Of a stretch of DNA of 57,373 bases, positions 8,561 through 18,636 are shown in pieces (position 1 is the first letter of the stretch; each line of letters begins with the position of its first letter). Position numbers and translations under genes: made by a program. The notes under the pieces are model-generated. The model had not been told where the DNA came from. It searched no databases and saw only the letters and a list, made by a program, of their open reading frames with translations. The stretch lies in the NCBI GenBank assembly GCA_023254845.1, contig JALRKE010000002.1, forward strand, positions 1 to 57,373, written 5' to 3'. The DNA comes from Candidatus Nanopelagicaceae bacterium (GTDB lineage Bacteria > Actinomycetota > Actinomycetes > Nanopelagicales > Nanopelagicaceae).

Positions 8561-10008
8561 TACTTTGCCCCCTTGATGTAGGCCGCCAGACCATGGCGAC
8601 CACCCTCACGGCCCCAGCCCGATTCCTTATATCCTCCAAATGGGCTAGCTGGATCAAATTTATTAAAGGTGTTAGCCCAGATGACGCCGGCTTTTAACTG
8701 TTGCGCAGCCCAGAGAATCTTGGAGCCTTTCTCGGTCCAGATACCAGCAGATAAACCATATGGAGTGTTATTTGCTTTCTCCATCGCTTCTTGTGGGGTA
8801 CGGAATGTCAGAACAGATAAGACTGGACCAAATATCTCTTCACGTGCAATACGGTGGGCTTGAGTAACACCGGTGAAAATTGTTGGGGGATACCAGAAAC
8901 CTTTATTGGGTAGAGAACATGGAGCGCTCCAGACATTTGCACCCTCTTTCGTTCCTGATTCAGATAGCTCCTTAATCTTTGATAGCTGAGCGGCTGAGTT
9001 AATCGCGCCAAGATCTGTGTTCTTATCGAGCGGATCACCCACTCGAATCTTTGCCATACGTGATTGCAATTTGGTTAAGAAATCATCGACAATACTTTCT
9101 TGAAGCAATAAACGTGAACCGGCGCAACAGACATGGCCCTGATTAAAGAAGATTCCATTGATGATTCCCTCTACCGCCTCATCAATCGGGGCATCATCAA
9201 AGACAATGTTTGCGCCCTTGCCACCAAGTTCTAGGGTTGCCGGAATACCACGATCTGCAATCGATGAGGCAATTAGCTTTCCAACTTCAGTTGAACCAGT
9301 AAATGCGACCTTATCGATATCGCCATGGTTCACAAGTGCGGCACCTGTTGCGCCATCACCAGTAACGACATTTACAACACCAGCAGGTAGCTCAGCCTGC
9401 TGGCAAATTTCAGCAAATAGCAGCGCTGTTAGCGGGGTAGTTTCTGCGGGCTTTAGCACGACGGTGTTTCCGGTTGCGAGTGCGGGAGCGACCTTCCAAG
9501 CAAGCATGAGTAATGGAAAGTTCCACGGAATTATCTGGGCCACTACACCATAAGGTTTGGGATTATCACCGTAACCAGCGTATTCGAGCTTATCGGCCCA
9601 ACCAGCGTGATAGAAGAAGTGAGCTGCTGATAACGGAACATCAACATCGCGCGTCTCGCGAATGGGTTTTCCATTATCTAGGGATTCCAAGACTGCAAAC
9701 TCGCGAGCACGCTCTTGAAGAAGCCGTGCAATCCTAAATAAGTATTTGGCTCGCTCCTTTGGTTTGGTTTTTGACCAGACCTTGTTATAGGCCGCTCGAG
9801 CAGCTTTAACAGCTTTATCAACATCAGCCTGGTTACCTTGGGAAACTCTGGCCAGCACCTCTTCAGTAGCTGGATTTATGGAGAAAAATTTCTTCTTCGA
9901 TTGTGGCGGGACCCATTTACCATTAATGAAAAGTCCATATTCACTATTTAACTTTACGATTGCCCGAGATTCGGGAGCGGGTGCATATTCGAAGATATCA
10001 GCGCTCAT
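8560..10008 (-). CDS. NAD(P)-dependent aldehyde dehydrogenase (full length)
   Basis: Motifs FPLLMLAWKVAPALATGNTVVLKPAE, LELGGKG, catalytic GHVCCAGSR and EEIFGPV. Confidence 0.92.
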   Translation of the reverse strand: MSADIFEYAPAPESRAIVKLNSEYGLFINGKWVPPQSKKKFFSINPATEEVLARVSQGNQADVDKAVKAARAAYNKVWSKTKPKERAKYLFRIARLLQERAREFAVLESLDNGKPIRETRDVDVPLSAAHFFYHAGWADKLEYAGYGDNPKPYGVVAQIIPWNFPLLMLAWKVAPALATGNTVVLKPAETTPLTALLFAEICQQAELPAGVVNVVTGDGATGAALVNHGDIDKVAFTGSTEVGKLIASSIADRGIPATLELGGKGANIVFDDAPIDEAVEGIINGIFFNQGHVCCAGSRLLLQESIVDDFLTKLQSRMAKIRVGDPLDKNTDLGAINSAAQLSKIKELSESGTKEGANVWSAPCSLPNKGFWYPPTIFTGVTQAHRIAREEIFGPVLSVLTFRTPQEAMEKANNTPYGLSAGIWTEKGSKILWAAQQLKAGVIWANTFNKFDPASPFGGYKESGWGREGGRHGLAAYIKGAK

Positions 10009-10010
10009 TA

Positions 10011-10964
10011 TTAATCCACCGTAACATAATTAGCGCTTGAATATCTGCCATTACTTAGCTTCATCCGCTGCATAAGAAGATCATTTAGTAGGGCGCTCGC
10101 ACCAATTCGAAAGAGTTTGGGGCTCAGCCACTCCGGACCGGTAGTCTCGTTAACTAGAACGAGTTGTTTGATCGCATCCTTTGTAGTTCTAATACCGCCG
10201 GCAGGCTTAACGCCGATCTTCTTACCGGTAAGGGCAAAGAAGTCACGGACTGCTTCGAGCATAACCAACACGACCGGCGGGGTAGCGGCTGGCGAAACTT
10301 TTCCAGTACTTGTCTTAATGAAGTCAGCTCCAGCGAGCATCGCTAGATAGGAGGCTTTTCGGACATTGTCATAAGTTGCAAGTTCGCCGGTCTCCAAAAT
10401 CACCTTTAAATGTGCTTTTTCGCCACAAAGAGCTTTGATTTCCCTGATCTCATCAAAGACCAATCCAAACTTTCCAGATAGAAATGCTCCTCGATCAATC
10501 ACCATATCAATCTCAGATGCTCCAGATTCAATCGCATCGAGCGTATCTCGCAACTTCACTTCCATAGAGGCTCTTCCAGATGGGAATGCAGTAGAGACTG
10601 CAGCAACTGGAATTGATTGGCCACCGATCGAATCAAGGTAATTTCGAGCAACCTTCACCATATCGTTGTAGACACAGATTGCACCAACATGGGGCACTGT
10701 TAAATCGCGCGGATCTGGTCGAAGCGCCTTGGCGCATAACGATCTAACTTTTCCTGGAGTGTCTGCGCCCTCTAGAGTCGTTAGGTCAACCATGCTAATT
10801 GCAAGGTCGATAGCTCTCGCTTTACTTGTTGTTTTAATACTTCTTGTGCCCAACATGGCAGCTCGACCTTCGGCGCCGACTTTATCTACACCCGGCAAGT
10901 TATCTAGAAAAGCTCTCAGCGAACTTTCTGAGCCATCAATTAGCTTGTTACCTAATTCGCTCAT
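10011..10964 (-). CDS. deoC: Deoxyribose-phosphate aldolase (long actinobacterial form)
   Basis: Motifs EIDMVI and Schiff-base lysine FIKTSTGK, plus GVKPAGGIRT. Confidence 0.88.
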   Translation of the reverse strand: MSELGNKLIDGSESSLRAFLDNLPGVDKVGAEGRAAMLGTRSIKTTSKARAIDLAISMVDLTTLEGADTPGKVRSLCAKALRPDPRDLTVPHVGAICVYNDMVKVARNYLDSIGGQSIPVAAVSTAFPSGRASMEVKLRDTLDAIESGASEIDMVIDRGAFLSGKFGLVFDEIREIKALCGEKAHLKVILETGELATYDNVRKASYLAMLAGADFIKTSTGKVSPAATPPVVLVMLEAVRDFFALTGKKIGVKPAGGIRTTKDAIKQLVLVNETTGPEWLSPKLFRIGASALLNDLLMQRMKLSNGRYSSANYVTVD

Positions 10965-10968
10965 GTGC

Positions 10969-12603
10969 TTACGCTACCGCCATAAGGGTACGGAATTCAC
11001 GCTCGAGCGTATCTAGAATCGGTAGAGATTCTCCCTTTGTCTTAGTAACTGCTTCGATGTAGCACTTCATCTTGGGCTCAGTACCACTTGGGCGGACTAT
11101 CACTCGATACTTTCCATCAAGCCAGATTCTCACTCCATTAGTCGGCGGAAGACCATCGTTTGGTCTCTCTAAATCATCAAAGGATGTGACCTTAAATCCA
11201 CCTATCTCGCTCGGAAGGCTCTTTCTTAATTTACCCATTATGGTTTCAATATCTGAAATGCTCTTAGTGCGCACTGAAATCTGTCTGGTCCCATGAAATC
11301 CATACTTTTTCCAGATTTCATCTAGGTATTCAGCAATCGTAATTCCTTTGCGCTTCAAATCCGCTGCGAGCTGGGCTATTACGAGAGCAGCGCTGATTCC
11401 ATCTTTGTCATTTACCGAGTTGGCATCGACGGCATAACCAAGCGCTTCTTCGTAGCCAAAGCGGAGATTTTCGACTTTAGCGAGGTATTTAAAGCCAGTA
11501 AGCGTCTCTGTGAACGGAAGGTTATACGCAGCAGCGATTTTCTTGAGAATTGAAGAAGAAACAATCGAATTGGCAAGGACATTGTTGTCGCTAGCTCTCT
11601 TACTAGCAAGATATTCACCGAGTAGCGCACCAACTTCATCACCACGAAGCATCCGCCAACCACCATCATCAATTGCAGCCGCACAGCGATCAGCATCTGG
11701 GTCATTAGCAATTACTAGGTCTGCACCGACTTCGCGAGCAAGTTTTAATGAGAGATCAATTGCGCCTGGCTCTTCGGGATTGGGAAACGCCACGGTGGGA
11801 AAGTCGGGATCTGGTTCAGCTTGTTCGGTGACGAGAATCGGTTGCTCAAAACCAGCGTCTGCAAAAACTTTAAGGAGCGTTTCTTTACCGACTCCGTGCA
11901 TGGCAGTGTAGACAATCTTCAACTTCTCGGGAGCGTCCGCTAACTTTGATATGGCCTGGACATATTCATTGATTATCTCTTCGCCCAGGATGGTCCAATC
12001 AGTGCCGCGTTGAACGGTATTTAATTTTGGAGTCTTGGCGATTTCTGCAGAAATCTCACTATCGGTTGGTGAAATTATTTGGGAGCCTTCATATCTAACT
12101 CCCTTTACTGTTCCGCCAAGATAAACTTTGTAACCATTATCTTGAGGTGGGTTGTGACTTGCGGTCACCATAACTCCGACATCGCAACCAAGCTTTCGAA
12201 CTGCATATGCAAGGACTGGTGTTGGTAGTGGGCGAGGAAGTACGAAAACTTCGAAACCAGCGCCACTCATAATTTCCGCGGTATCACGAGTGAAATCTTC
12301 TGAGCCGTAGCGGGCATCTCGTCCAATAACGATTGACTTCAGTGAATTCATTCGCATGAAGCTTGCGATTCCATAGGCAGTTTTCGATACAACGGCGCGA
12401 TTCATCCGTGATGGCCCAGGTCCTAGCGGCCCACGTATTCCGGCAGTTCCAAACTCAAGAAAGCCCTGGAAACAAGCCTTTATCTCTGCAACTTCACCTG
12501 ATTCCAACCAGGTTTCGAGAAGGGCCTTAGTCTTCGGATCTGGATCTTCTGCGATCCAGGCCAAGACTTCTCCCTTTAATTCTTCACTTAGTTCATTAGT
12601 CAT
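10969..12603 (-). CDS. Phospho-sugar mutase of the phosphoglucomutase/phosphomannomutase family, probably acting as phosphopentomutase here
   Basis: Active-site serine loop VTASHNPPQDNGYKVY and metal loop ANDPDADR. It sits between punA and deoC, as pmmB sits next to deoD in mycobacteria. Confidence 0.85.
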   Translation of the reverse strand: MTNELSEELKGEVLAWIAEDPDPKTKALLETWLESGEVAEIKACFQGFLEFGTAGIRGPLGPGPSRMNRAVVSKTAYGIASFMRMNSLKSIVIGRDARYGSEDFTRDTAEIMSGAGFEVFVLPRPLPTPVLAYAVRKLGCDVGVMVTASHNPPQDNGYKVYLGGTVKGVRYEGSQIISPTDSEISAEIAKTPKLNTVQRGTDWTILGEEIINEYVQAISKLADAPEKLKIVYTAMHGVGKETLLKVFADAGFEQPILVTEQAEPDPDFPTVAFPNPEEPGAIDLSLKLAREVGADLVIANDPDADRCAAAIDDGGWRMLRGDEVGALLGEYLASKRASDNNVLANSIVSSSILKKIAAAYNLPFTETLTGFKYLAKVENLRFGYEEALGYAVDANSVNDKDGISAALVIAQLAADLKRKGITIAEYLDEIWKKYGFHGTRQISVRTKSISDIETIMGKLRKSLPSEIGGFKVTSFDDLERPNDGLPPTNGVRIWLDGKYRVIVRPSGTEPKMKCYIEAVTKTKGESLPILDTLEREFRTLMAVA

Positions 12604-12605
12604 GG

Positions 12606-13412
12606 CTATGAAACTCTCAATAGATTCTCAAGGAGCTTGCCAACTTTCTCAGCAGAAGCCTTTCCAGCAGCAATTACCTCTTCATGACTTAATTTATTCT
12701 TTGACAATCCAGCTGCTGGGTTAGTTACAAGTGAGATGCCAATTACCTCAGCTCCCATCGCATGTGCAGCAATCGCCTCAGGGACAGTAGACATTCCAAC
12801 GAGATCTGCGCCCAAGATTCCAATCATTTTAATCTCGGCTGGCGTTTCATAAGTGGGCCCAGGCCAATGTGCATAGACACCTTCGGCAAGCGTTGGATCA
12901 TAGGACTTGAGTTGTGCTCGAAGTCGAGCGCTATAGAGATCTGTTAAATCTACAAAATTCGCACCTTTTATCGGCGAGATTCCAGTAAGTGAGATGTGAT
13001 CTCTAATTAAGACTGGTTGGCCGACTGAGTAATTTGGATTTATACCACCACAGGCGTTAGTGAGCACAACGATCTTTGCGCCTGCACTAACTGCAGTTCT
13101 AGTGCCATGCACGACTGCATCTATTCCCTTACCTTCATAGAGGTGAGTTCGACCAAAAAAGATAAGAATGTTCTTGTTGTTGATCGTATAAGAAGAGATA
13201 TGGCCGCCATGTCCCACGACGGTAGATGTGGCAAAGCCAGTTAACTTTGACATTTCAATCATATGAGTCGGCTCGCCAAAGATACTTGCGGCATCGCTCC
13301 ACCCAGAACCGAGGGTAAAAGACATTTCGTGGCTTGCTTTACCGGTCATCTCTGCAATCTCTTTCGCTGCGCTCTGAGCTGCTGCGAGCGGTTGAGAGAT
13401 TTGATCTGTCAT
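12606..13412 (-). CDS. punA: Purine nucleoside phosphorylase (trimeric PNP-I type)
   Basis: Motifs GRTHLYEG, VLTNACGG and TYETPAEIKM. ATG at 13412 avoids overlap with the upstream gene; the ORF-track start at 13487 does not. Confidence 0.9.
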   Translation of the reverse strand: MTDQISQPLAAAQSAAKEIAEMTGKASHEMSFTLGSGWSDAASIFGEPTHMIEMSKLTGFATSTVVGHGGHISSYTINNKNILIFFGRTHLYEGKGIDAVVHGTRTAVSAGAKIVVLTNACGGINPNYSVGQPVLIRDHISLTGISPIKGANFVDLTDLYSARLRAQLKSYDPTLAEGVYAHWPGPTYETPAEIKMIGILGADLVGMSTVPEAIAAHAMGAEVIGISLVTNPAAGLSKNKLSHEEVIAAGKASAEKVGKLLENLLRVS

Positions 13413-13416
13413 CTGC

Positions 13417-13857
13417 CTACCGTATCGCTCGTTCTCTAAGTTCGGCAATGTAATCATCAGGCGCACCAGCTTCGATTGCGGCTGCAATCATGATCTCCAG
13501 ATAGCGCGTGGATGGCTTTCCTCCTTCAAAGGAGTTCAATACATAGAGATAACAGAGTTGCGTACCCGTCATCGTTTCTACCCTTAGCCGGATTTTTCTA
13601 TAGAGATCAGTAGTGACACCTTCCCATTCATCCAGCGCCGATTCATCTTGTTTTGTTAAGTCGTAGATGGAAACAAAAACTGAAGCTTCGCGATCTTCTG
13701 CGAGCGTTGCCACAGAACCTTCCCAGCCAATTTCTTCACCACCAAAAGTGACGCGCCAGCCGCGAATCCAACCAGTTCCTAAGTGTGGCGAGTGGGGAGC
13801 GCGCTGCAACATTTGGCGTGGATCAAGGTTAGATCCGTAGGCAGCGTAGAGAGTCAT
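13417..13857 (-). CDS. Gamma-glutamylcyclotransferase (AIG2/GGACT-like) family protein
   Basis: N-terminal YGSNL motif. Size and pattern are typical of the GGCT-like fold. Confidence 0.7.
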   Translation of the reverse strand: MTLYAAYGSNLDPRQMLQRAPHSPHLGTGWIRGWRVTFGGEEIGWEGSVATLAEDREASVFVSIYDLTKQDESALDEWEGVTTDLYRKIRLRVETMTGTQLCYLYVLNSFEGGKPSTRYLEIMIAAAIEAGAPDDYIAELRERAIR

Positions 13858-14462
13858 TACTTTCTCGTCACGAAATCAAACCAGTTATAGCCAAGTGAGG
13901 TAATAGCCCGCTTGAGTAAGGGAAGTGATAAACCAATTACATTCGAGGTTTCACCCTCTACTCGGGCGATAAACGGTGCGCTCTTCCCGTCGAGAGTGAA
14001 TCCACCAGCAACATTTAGTGGTTCGCCAGTGTCAACATATGCCTCAATCTCAGCATCGCTCATATCTGCGAAGTGAACTCTAGTCGCAGCGATATCACTT
14101 ATCTCTACTTCTCTCGTCGTATCTATGATGCAATGACCGGTATAGAGAACCCCAGAATTTCCACGTAATAACTTAGCGCGCTGGATTGCTCGCTCTCTTG
14201 TTAGCGGCTTACCGAGTGATCTACCTTCGAACTCAAAAGTGGAGTCACACCCAATAACTAGAGAGGGATACTTAACTAAATTCTTAACAGTATGCGCCTT
14301 GACGATCGCAAGTGCGAGAACTAGTTCACTCGGAGAGAGTGATTCATATGCTGGATCTTCCTCATTGACCCCACTTATCAACACCTCAGGGGTTATTCCG
14401 CTGCTCTCAAGAAGGCGGCGCCGAGAGGGCGAGGCAGAAGCGAGAACTATTCGGGGCAACAT
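13857..14462 (-). CDS. maf: Maf-family nucleoside-triphosphate pyrophosphatase
   Basis: Motifs LASASPSRRRLL, VIGCDS and NVAGGF. The start at 14462 (MLPRIVLASAS) is preferred over 14507. Confidence 0.88.
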   Translation of the reverse strand: MLPRIVLASASPSRRRLLESSGITPEVLISGVNEEDPAYESLSPSELVLALAIVKAHTVKNLVKYPSLVIGCDSTFEFEGRSLGKPLTRERAIQRAKLLRGNSGVLYTGHCIIDTTREVEISDIAATRVHFADMSDAEIEAYVDTGEPLNVAGGFTLDGKSAPFIARVEGETSNVIGLSLPLLKRAITSLGYNWFDFVTRK

Positions 14463-14498
14463 AGAAGTCGCGATTCTATCTTGAGGTATCTTCATATT

Positions 14499-15158
14499 AT
14501 GAGCCATCGAATCAAGGTAGACATAGAGGTAGCGGCATTTATCTCTCGTGCTGCCGAGAGCCTTGGCTTAGAAGTCCACTTGGATACTCAAACTTCTTCG
14601 TTACCCAGCTATGAACATTTAGCCATCGTCGCTATAAATTCTGCCAGTACTCAACTAGCAACATATCCCGCAATTAGCGTCGCGAAGTTTTGTAACCGAA
14701 TTGTCGTAAAACCCACTCAAGCTGACCAAGAGCTTCTAAAGAAGTTACAAATCGTAGTCAACGAGAGAGTCAAGAGTTCTAATCAGAGAGGAGTTGCTAC
14801 CTATAGGTTCACACTCAATGGCGAATTTATTGAAGTTAGTGAAGTCATTTCTATCGATTCGGTCTGGAGCATGGAATACGCGCATACCTCGGTCTTTGAA
14901 AATGCAGTCCGATCGGCGAATCAACTCCCACTTGGAAAGACCGAACTTCTTACCCAAGAGTTTCTAGTGATGAATTTTGATGTGCCACGAAATCTTGGTA
15001 TGACCGAACCATTTCTTCATCTCTTTGCTCACGATCCGGGATACCGAATAGTGAAAGCTACTAGCCATACTGGGTATGTAGCGCTTCAAGGAGATAGAGA
15101 TCTATTCGAGAAGGTAAGCCATGCCGTTGATTACCTAGAGGGCGTAATTAACGAGTAG
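14499..15158 (+). CDS. Hypothetical protein (no family recognised)
   Basis: Intact 219-225 aa ORF divergent from maf. GAGG lies 12 nt upstream of ATG 14499, and an alternative TTG start lies at 14481. The 3' end overlaps the convergent ugd gene by 11 nt. I can identify no motif. Confidence 0.5.
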   Translation: MSHRIKVDIEVAAFISRAAESLGLEVHLDTQTSSLPSYEHLAIVAINSASTQLATYPAISVAKFCNRIVVKPTQADQELLKKLQIVVNERVKSSNQRGVATYRFTLNGEFIEVSEVISIDSVWSMEYAHTSVFENAVRSANQLPLGKTELLTQEFLVMNFDVPRNLGMTEPFLHLFAHDPGYRIVKATSHTGYVALQGDRDLFEKVSHAVDYLEGVINE

Positions 15159-16455
15159 CGCGCCCCAAGCCGCGGAAGTGCCACCCAGCGCTCTCCCAAG
15201 CTGCTTTATCTAAGGCGTTACGACCATCGATGATATTTGGTCGGGCCACCAAGCTCTTTATCTTTATCGGATCCAAGGCCCGGAACTCTTTCCATTCCGT
15301 GAGGTGTAGAACTATCTCCGCGCCGCTCAAGCATTCTTCAACTGAGTTGGAGTAGTTCAGCGCTGGAAATCGCAATTTGGCATTTGAGTTGGCCTTTGGA
15401 TCAAATACATAAACGGCTGCGCCAGCAGCTGCTACTTGGGCGGCAATATCTAGCGCAGGTGAGTCTCTAACATCATCGCTATCGGGCTTAAACGCCGCAC
15501 CTAATACTGCAATCCGCTTTCCTTTTAGATCAGCTCCCAAATCCAACCTGACTAAATCGATCATTCGTTGGCGGGCGCGGAGATTAATAGAGTCAATCTC
15601 GCGGAGAAATTCCAGCGATTGCTTAGCTCCCAGCTCTTCGGAGCGAGCCATAAAGGCGCGGATATCTTTAGGAAGACAACCGCCGCCAAATCCAATTCCT
15701 GCTTGTAAGAATCTTGAGCCAATTCTTGGGTCATAACCGATTGCTTTTGCAAGCACAGTCACATCTCCGCCAGCTGCCTCACAGATTTCTGCCATCGCAT
15801 TTATAAATGAAATCTTTGTGGCAAGGAAGGAGTTAGCGGCAACTTTAACCAATTCAGCTGTTGGAAGATCGGCACGGATCCAAGGAACATTATTATCTAG
15901 TAACGGTTTATAAGCGCGCTTTAGGATCTCTTCAGCTCTATCTGATGTAACACCAATAACTAAGCGATTCGGGCGAAGGGTGTCTTCAACTGCGAAACCT
16001 TCACGGAGGAACTCTGGATTCCATGCCAGCTCTGCCTTCGAACCGAGATCCTTCAATCTCTTAGATAGTCGCTCAGCTGTTCCTACTGGGACCGTTGATT
16101 TGCCAACAATTAGCGAGCCAGTTTTTGCATGTGGCGCAATCGCATCAAGTGCAGCATCTACATACTTCATATCTGCCGCTAGGGAGCCTTGTTGTTGCGG
16201 AGTACCTACGCAGATGAAGTGGAGATCGCAATCACTTGCTTCGGAGAAATCGGTGGTGAATTTCAGCCTTCCAGAGTTAACTTCAGCGATAAGTAGTTCT
16301 TCTAGATCGGGCTCAAAGAATGGAACCTTGCCGACCTTAAGTAGTTCAATTTTCTTTGGATCTACATCTACACCTATTACATCAAAGCCTAGCGAAGCCA
16401 TCGCAGCGGCGTGGGTGGCGCCCAAATAACCGGTACCAATCACCGATAACTTCAT
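15148..16455 (-). CDS. ugd: UDP-glucose 6-dehydrogenase
   Basis: Rossmann N-terminus MKLSVIGTGYLG, catalytic Cys loop GFGGGCLPKD, and the C-terminal UDP-binding domain. Confidence 0.9.
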   Translation of the reverse strand: MKLSVIGTGYLGATHAAAMASLGFDVIGVDVDPKKIELLKVGKVPFFEPDLEELLIAEVNSGRLKFTTDFSEASDCDLHFICVGTPQQQGSLAADMKYVDAALDAIAPHAKTGSLIVGKSTVPVGTAERLSKRLKDLGSKAELAWNPEFLREGFAVEDTLRPNRLVIGVTSDRAEEILKRAYKPLLDNNVPWIRADLPTAELVKVAANSFLATKISFINAMAEICEAAGGDVTVLAKAIGYDPRIGSRFLQAGIGFGGGCLPKDIRAFMARSEELGAKQSLEFLREIDSINLRARQRMIDLVRLDLGADLKGKRIAVLGAAFKPDSDDVRDSPALDIAAQVAAAGAAVYVFDPKANSNAKLRFPALNYSNSVEECLSGAEIVLHLTEWKEFRALDPIKIKSLVARPNIIDGRNALDKAAWESAGWHFRGLGRATR

Positions 16456-16467
16456 AGCCGAAACTTA

Positions 16468-17565
16468 CTATCCCTTCGATTCATTGCAGGGATTATCTGA
16501 TGCGGTCTTAGTTCCAAATTTATCCACCAGAGTTGGAGATGCTGAGGGTTCAGGGCGGACCTCATCGATCAGCGCATCATCATTTTTGATTCGTTCAAAT
16601 AGTTCAGCGGAGAGCTCAGGATCCCAGAGAACAGCCGCAGACACCCCATTCTTGTTGTAGTTGTAATACTTCAAAGGACTTGTGAGAGTTCTGACATTTG
16701 AAGCAGAGAGATTTCGTAATTGTTTACCTAGCGTTAAGAGATCACCTTGAGATAGTCCGCTATCAGTAGTAACGCTCGCGAGTGCGGAGTTAATGAAATC
16801 AAGTAGCTTGATTGGATTCAGAAGCACTCCAGCGCTGGTTGCCTTTCTTAGCATCGCTCCAGCAAACTCTTGTTGACGTTTCATTCTTCCTAAATCACCT
16901 AAGCCATCAAAAGTTCTTGAACGGACGTACTTCAATGAGTCGACTCCATCTAACAGATGCGTTCCAGCAGGAAGCGAGAGGTGGCTCTTGGGATCATTGA
17001 TATCCCGTTTGGTACAAATCTCAACGCCGCCAAGTGCATCGACCATCCGAACAAATCCTACGAAGTTGATCTCTACATAGTGATCGATACGAAGTCCAGA
17101 CATATTTTCAAAAGTCTCAATCAAGAGCGAAGCGCCGCCCCAGTTATATGAGGAGTTAATTTTGGAGTAAGTAGCAGGAATTATCTTCCCTGAGGTGAGT
17201 GATTTATGTTCGGGGATAAGGGCAAAGGAATCTCTCGGGATAGAGATAATCGCCGCCTTGTCGCGCTTCTTTGAGATATGAACCAAGAGCATCGTGTCGG
17301 AGCGTTTTCCAGCGGCTACAGCTGTTGTTCCAACCTTGAGCCTCCTAGTTTCTTCTCGTGATAATCCCTCTCGCGTATCGGAGCCGACAATCAAATAATT
17401 GACTGCAGAAGACTCCCTTTTAGGGCGATCCTCTAAACCGGCAAATACATCGAGTTTGGGAATGGCCGCAGTAATCCGTCCCAAGCCCAACCAGGTAATT
17501 CCCGATAGCGCGACGATCGATATCGAAAGTATGGTGAAGTATCGAATCGCGCGGGGTGAAGTCAC
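16468..17565 (-). CDS. LytR-CpsA-Psr (LCP) family cell-envelope glycopolymer transferase
   Basis: N-terminal TM segment. LCP motifs LIVGSDTR, RSDTMLLVH and SIPRDS. Confidence 0.88.
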   Translation of the reverse strand: MTSPRAIRYFTILSISIVALSGITWLGLGRITAAIPKLDVFAGLEDRPKRESSAVNYLIVGSDTREGLSREETRRLKVGTTAVAAGKRSDTMLLVHISKKRDKAAIISIPRDSFALIPEHKSLTSGKIIPATYSKINSSYNWGGASLLIETFENMSGLRIDHYVEINFVGFVRMVDALGGVEICTKRDINDPKSHLSLPAGTHLLDGVDSLKYVRSRTFDGLGDLGRMKRQQEFAGAMLRKATSAGVLLNPIKLLDFINSALASVTTDSGLSQGDLLTLGKQLRNLSASNVRTLTSPLKYYNYNKNGVSAAVLWDPELSAELFERIKNDDALIDEVRPEPSASPTLVDKFGTKTASDNPCNESKG

Positions 17566-17601
17566 TTGGCAAGAGTAATGAAGCGATAGCGTTTATCCGT
17601 T

Positions 17602-18609
17602 ATGAGAGATGAGAAATTCCTGGGTGATAAGTCCCACGGTGGGACAGAGCCACCTGTATCGGTAATCCTCACAGTCGTCAACGAAGCTGCTCACCTTGAA
17701 GAATCAATTAGCGCTGTGCTCAACTCGCAATATTCCGGCGGGATTGAGATAGTGATTTCCGTAGGGCCTTCGCGAGATGAAACGAGAGAGATTGCAGATT
17801 CACTCGCCCAGCGTGACTCTCGGGTCAAGGTGATTGATAATCCCAGCGGTAGAACTCCTGATGGCTTAAATTCTGCAATCGCAGCAACGAGTAACGAAAT
17901 CATTGTGAGAATTGATGGCCACTCTTCAATCAGACCAGATTACATTCGCGAGGCAGTTCTCACATTGAGTCAGACTGGCGCAGTCAATGTTGGTGGAGTA
18001 ATGGCGGCTGAAGGAATAACGCCATTTCAAAGAGCGGTTGCACGAGCAATGCGCTCACCAATAGGCGTTGGCGCATCTAGATTTCATACCGGAGGAAGCG
18101 CTGGAAGCGTTGATACAGTTTATCTCGGAGTGTTCAAACGTTCGGCGCTAATTGGCGTTGGTGGTTATGACTCAAGATTTACTAGGGCTCAGGATTGGGA
18201 ATTGAATTATCGCCTCCGGGAAAGAGGAGGAGTGATCTGGTTCAATCCGAAATTAACGGTTACTTATAGGCCTCGTTCTACCTTTAAGTCGTTGGCAAAA
18301 CAATATTTTGAGTATGGAAGATGGCGTGCAGCGGTCTCGCGCCATCACAAGGGAACCACTAATTTCAGATACCTCGCTCCTCCGTTAAATATATTTTTTC
18401 AAGCACTCTCAATCCTTTTGGGAACGTTCGTAGCGCCAGTATTTTTTATCCCGACATTTTTCTACTTGGGAGCTATCTTGATTTCTTCACTAGTAATTGG
18501 AAAGAGCTGGGCAGAAAGAATCAGACTTCCATTTGTTTTGACAATCATGCATTTTTCCTGGGGAATTGGTTTCATCACATCACCACGCACCTTGATTTCC
18601 AATTCTTAA
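17602..18609 (+). CDS. Glycosyltransferase family 2 with C-terminal membrane anchor
   Basis: Motifs VSVILTVVNEA, VIDNPSG and RIDGHS, plus hydrophobic C-terminal helices. Divergent from the LCP gene across a 36-nt gap. Confidence 0.85.
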   Translation: MRDEKFLGDKSHGGTEPPVSVILTVVNEAAHLEESISAVLNSQYSGGIEIVISVGPSRDETREIADSLAQRDSRVKVIDNPSGRTPDGLNSAIAATSNEIIVRIDGHSSIRPDYIREAVLTLSQTGAVNVGGVMAAEGITPFQRAVARAMRSPIGVGASRFHTGGSAGSVDTVYLGVFKRSALIGVGGYDSRFTRAQDWELNYRLRERGGVIWFNPKLTVTYRPRSTFKSLAKQYFEYGRWRAAVSRHHKGTTNFRYLAPPLNIFFQALSILLGTFVAPVFFIPTFFYLGAILISSLVIGKSWAERIRLPFVLTIMHFSWGIGFITSPRTLISNS

Positions 18610-18636
18610 AGCGCTAGCTCCGGTACCCTAATAAGT

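Noticed and set aside
12606-13487. Longer PNP start at 13487
   Set aside because: It would overlap the upstream GGCT gene by 71 nt and add a non-homologous N-terminus. ATG 13412 (MTDQISQP...) fits the family length.
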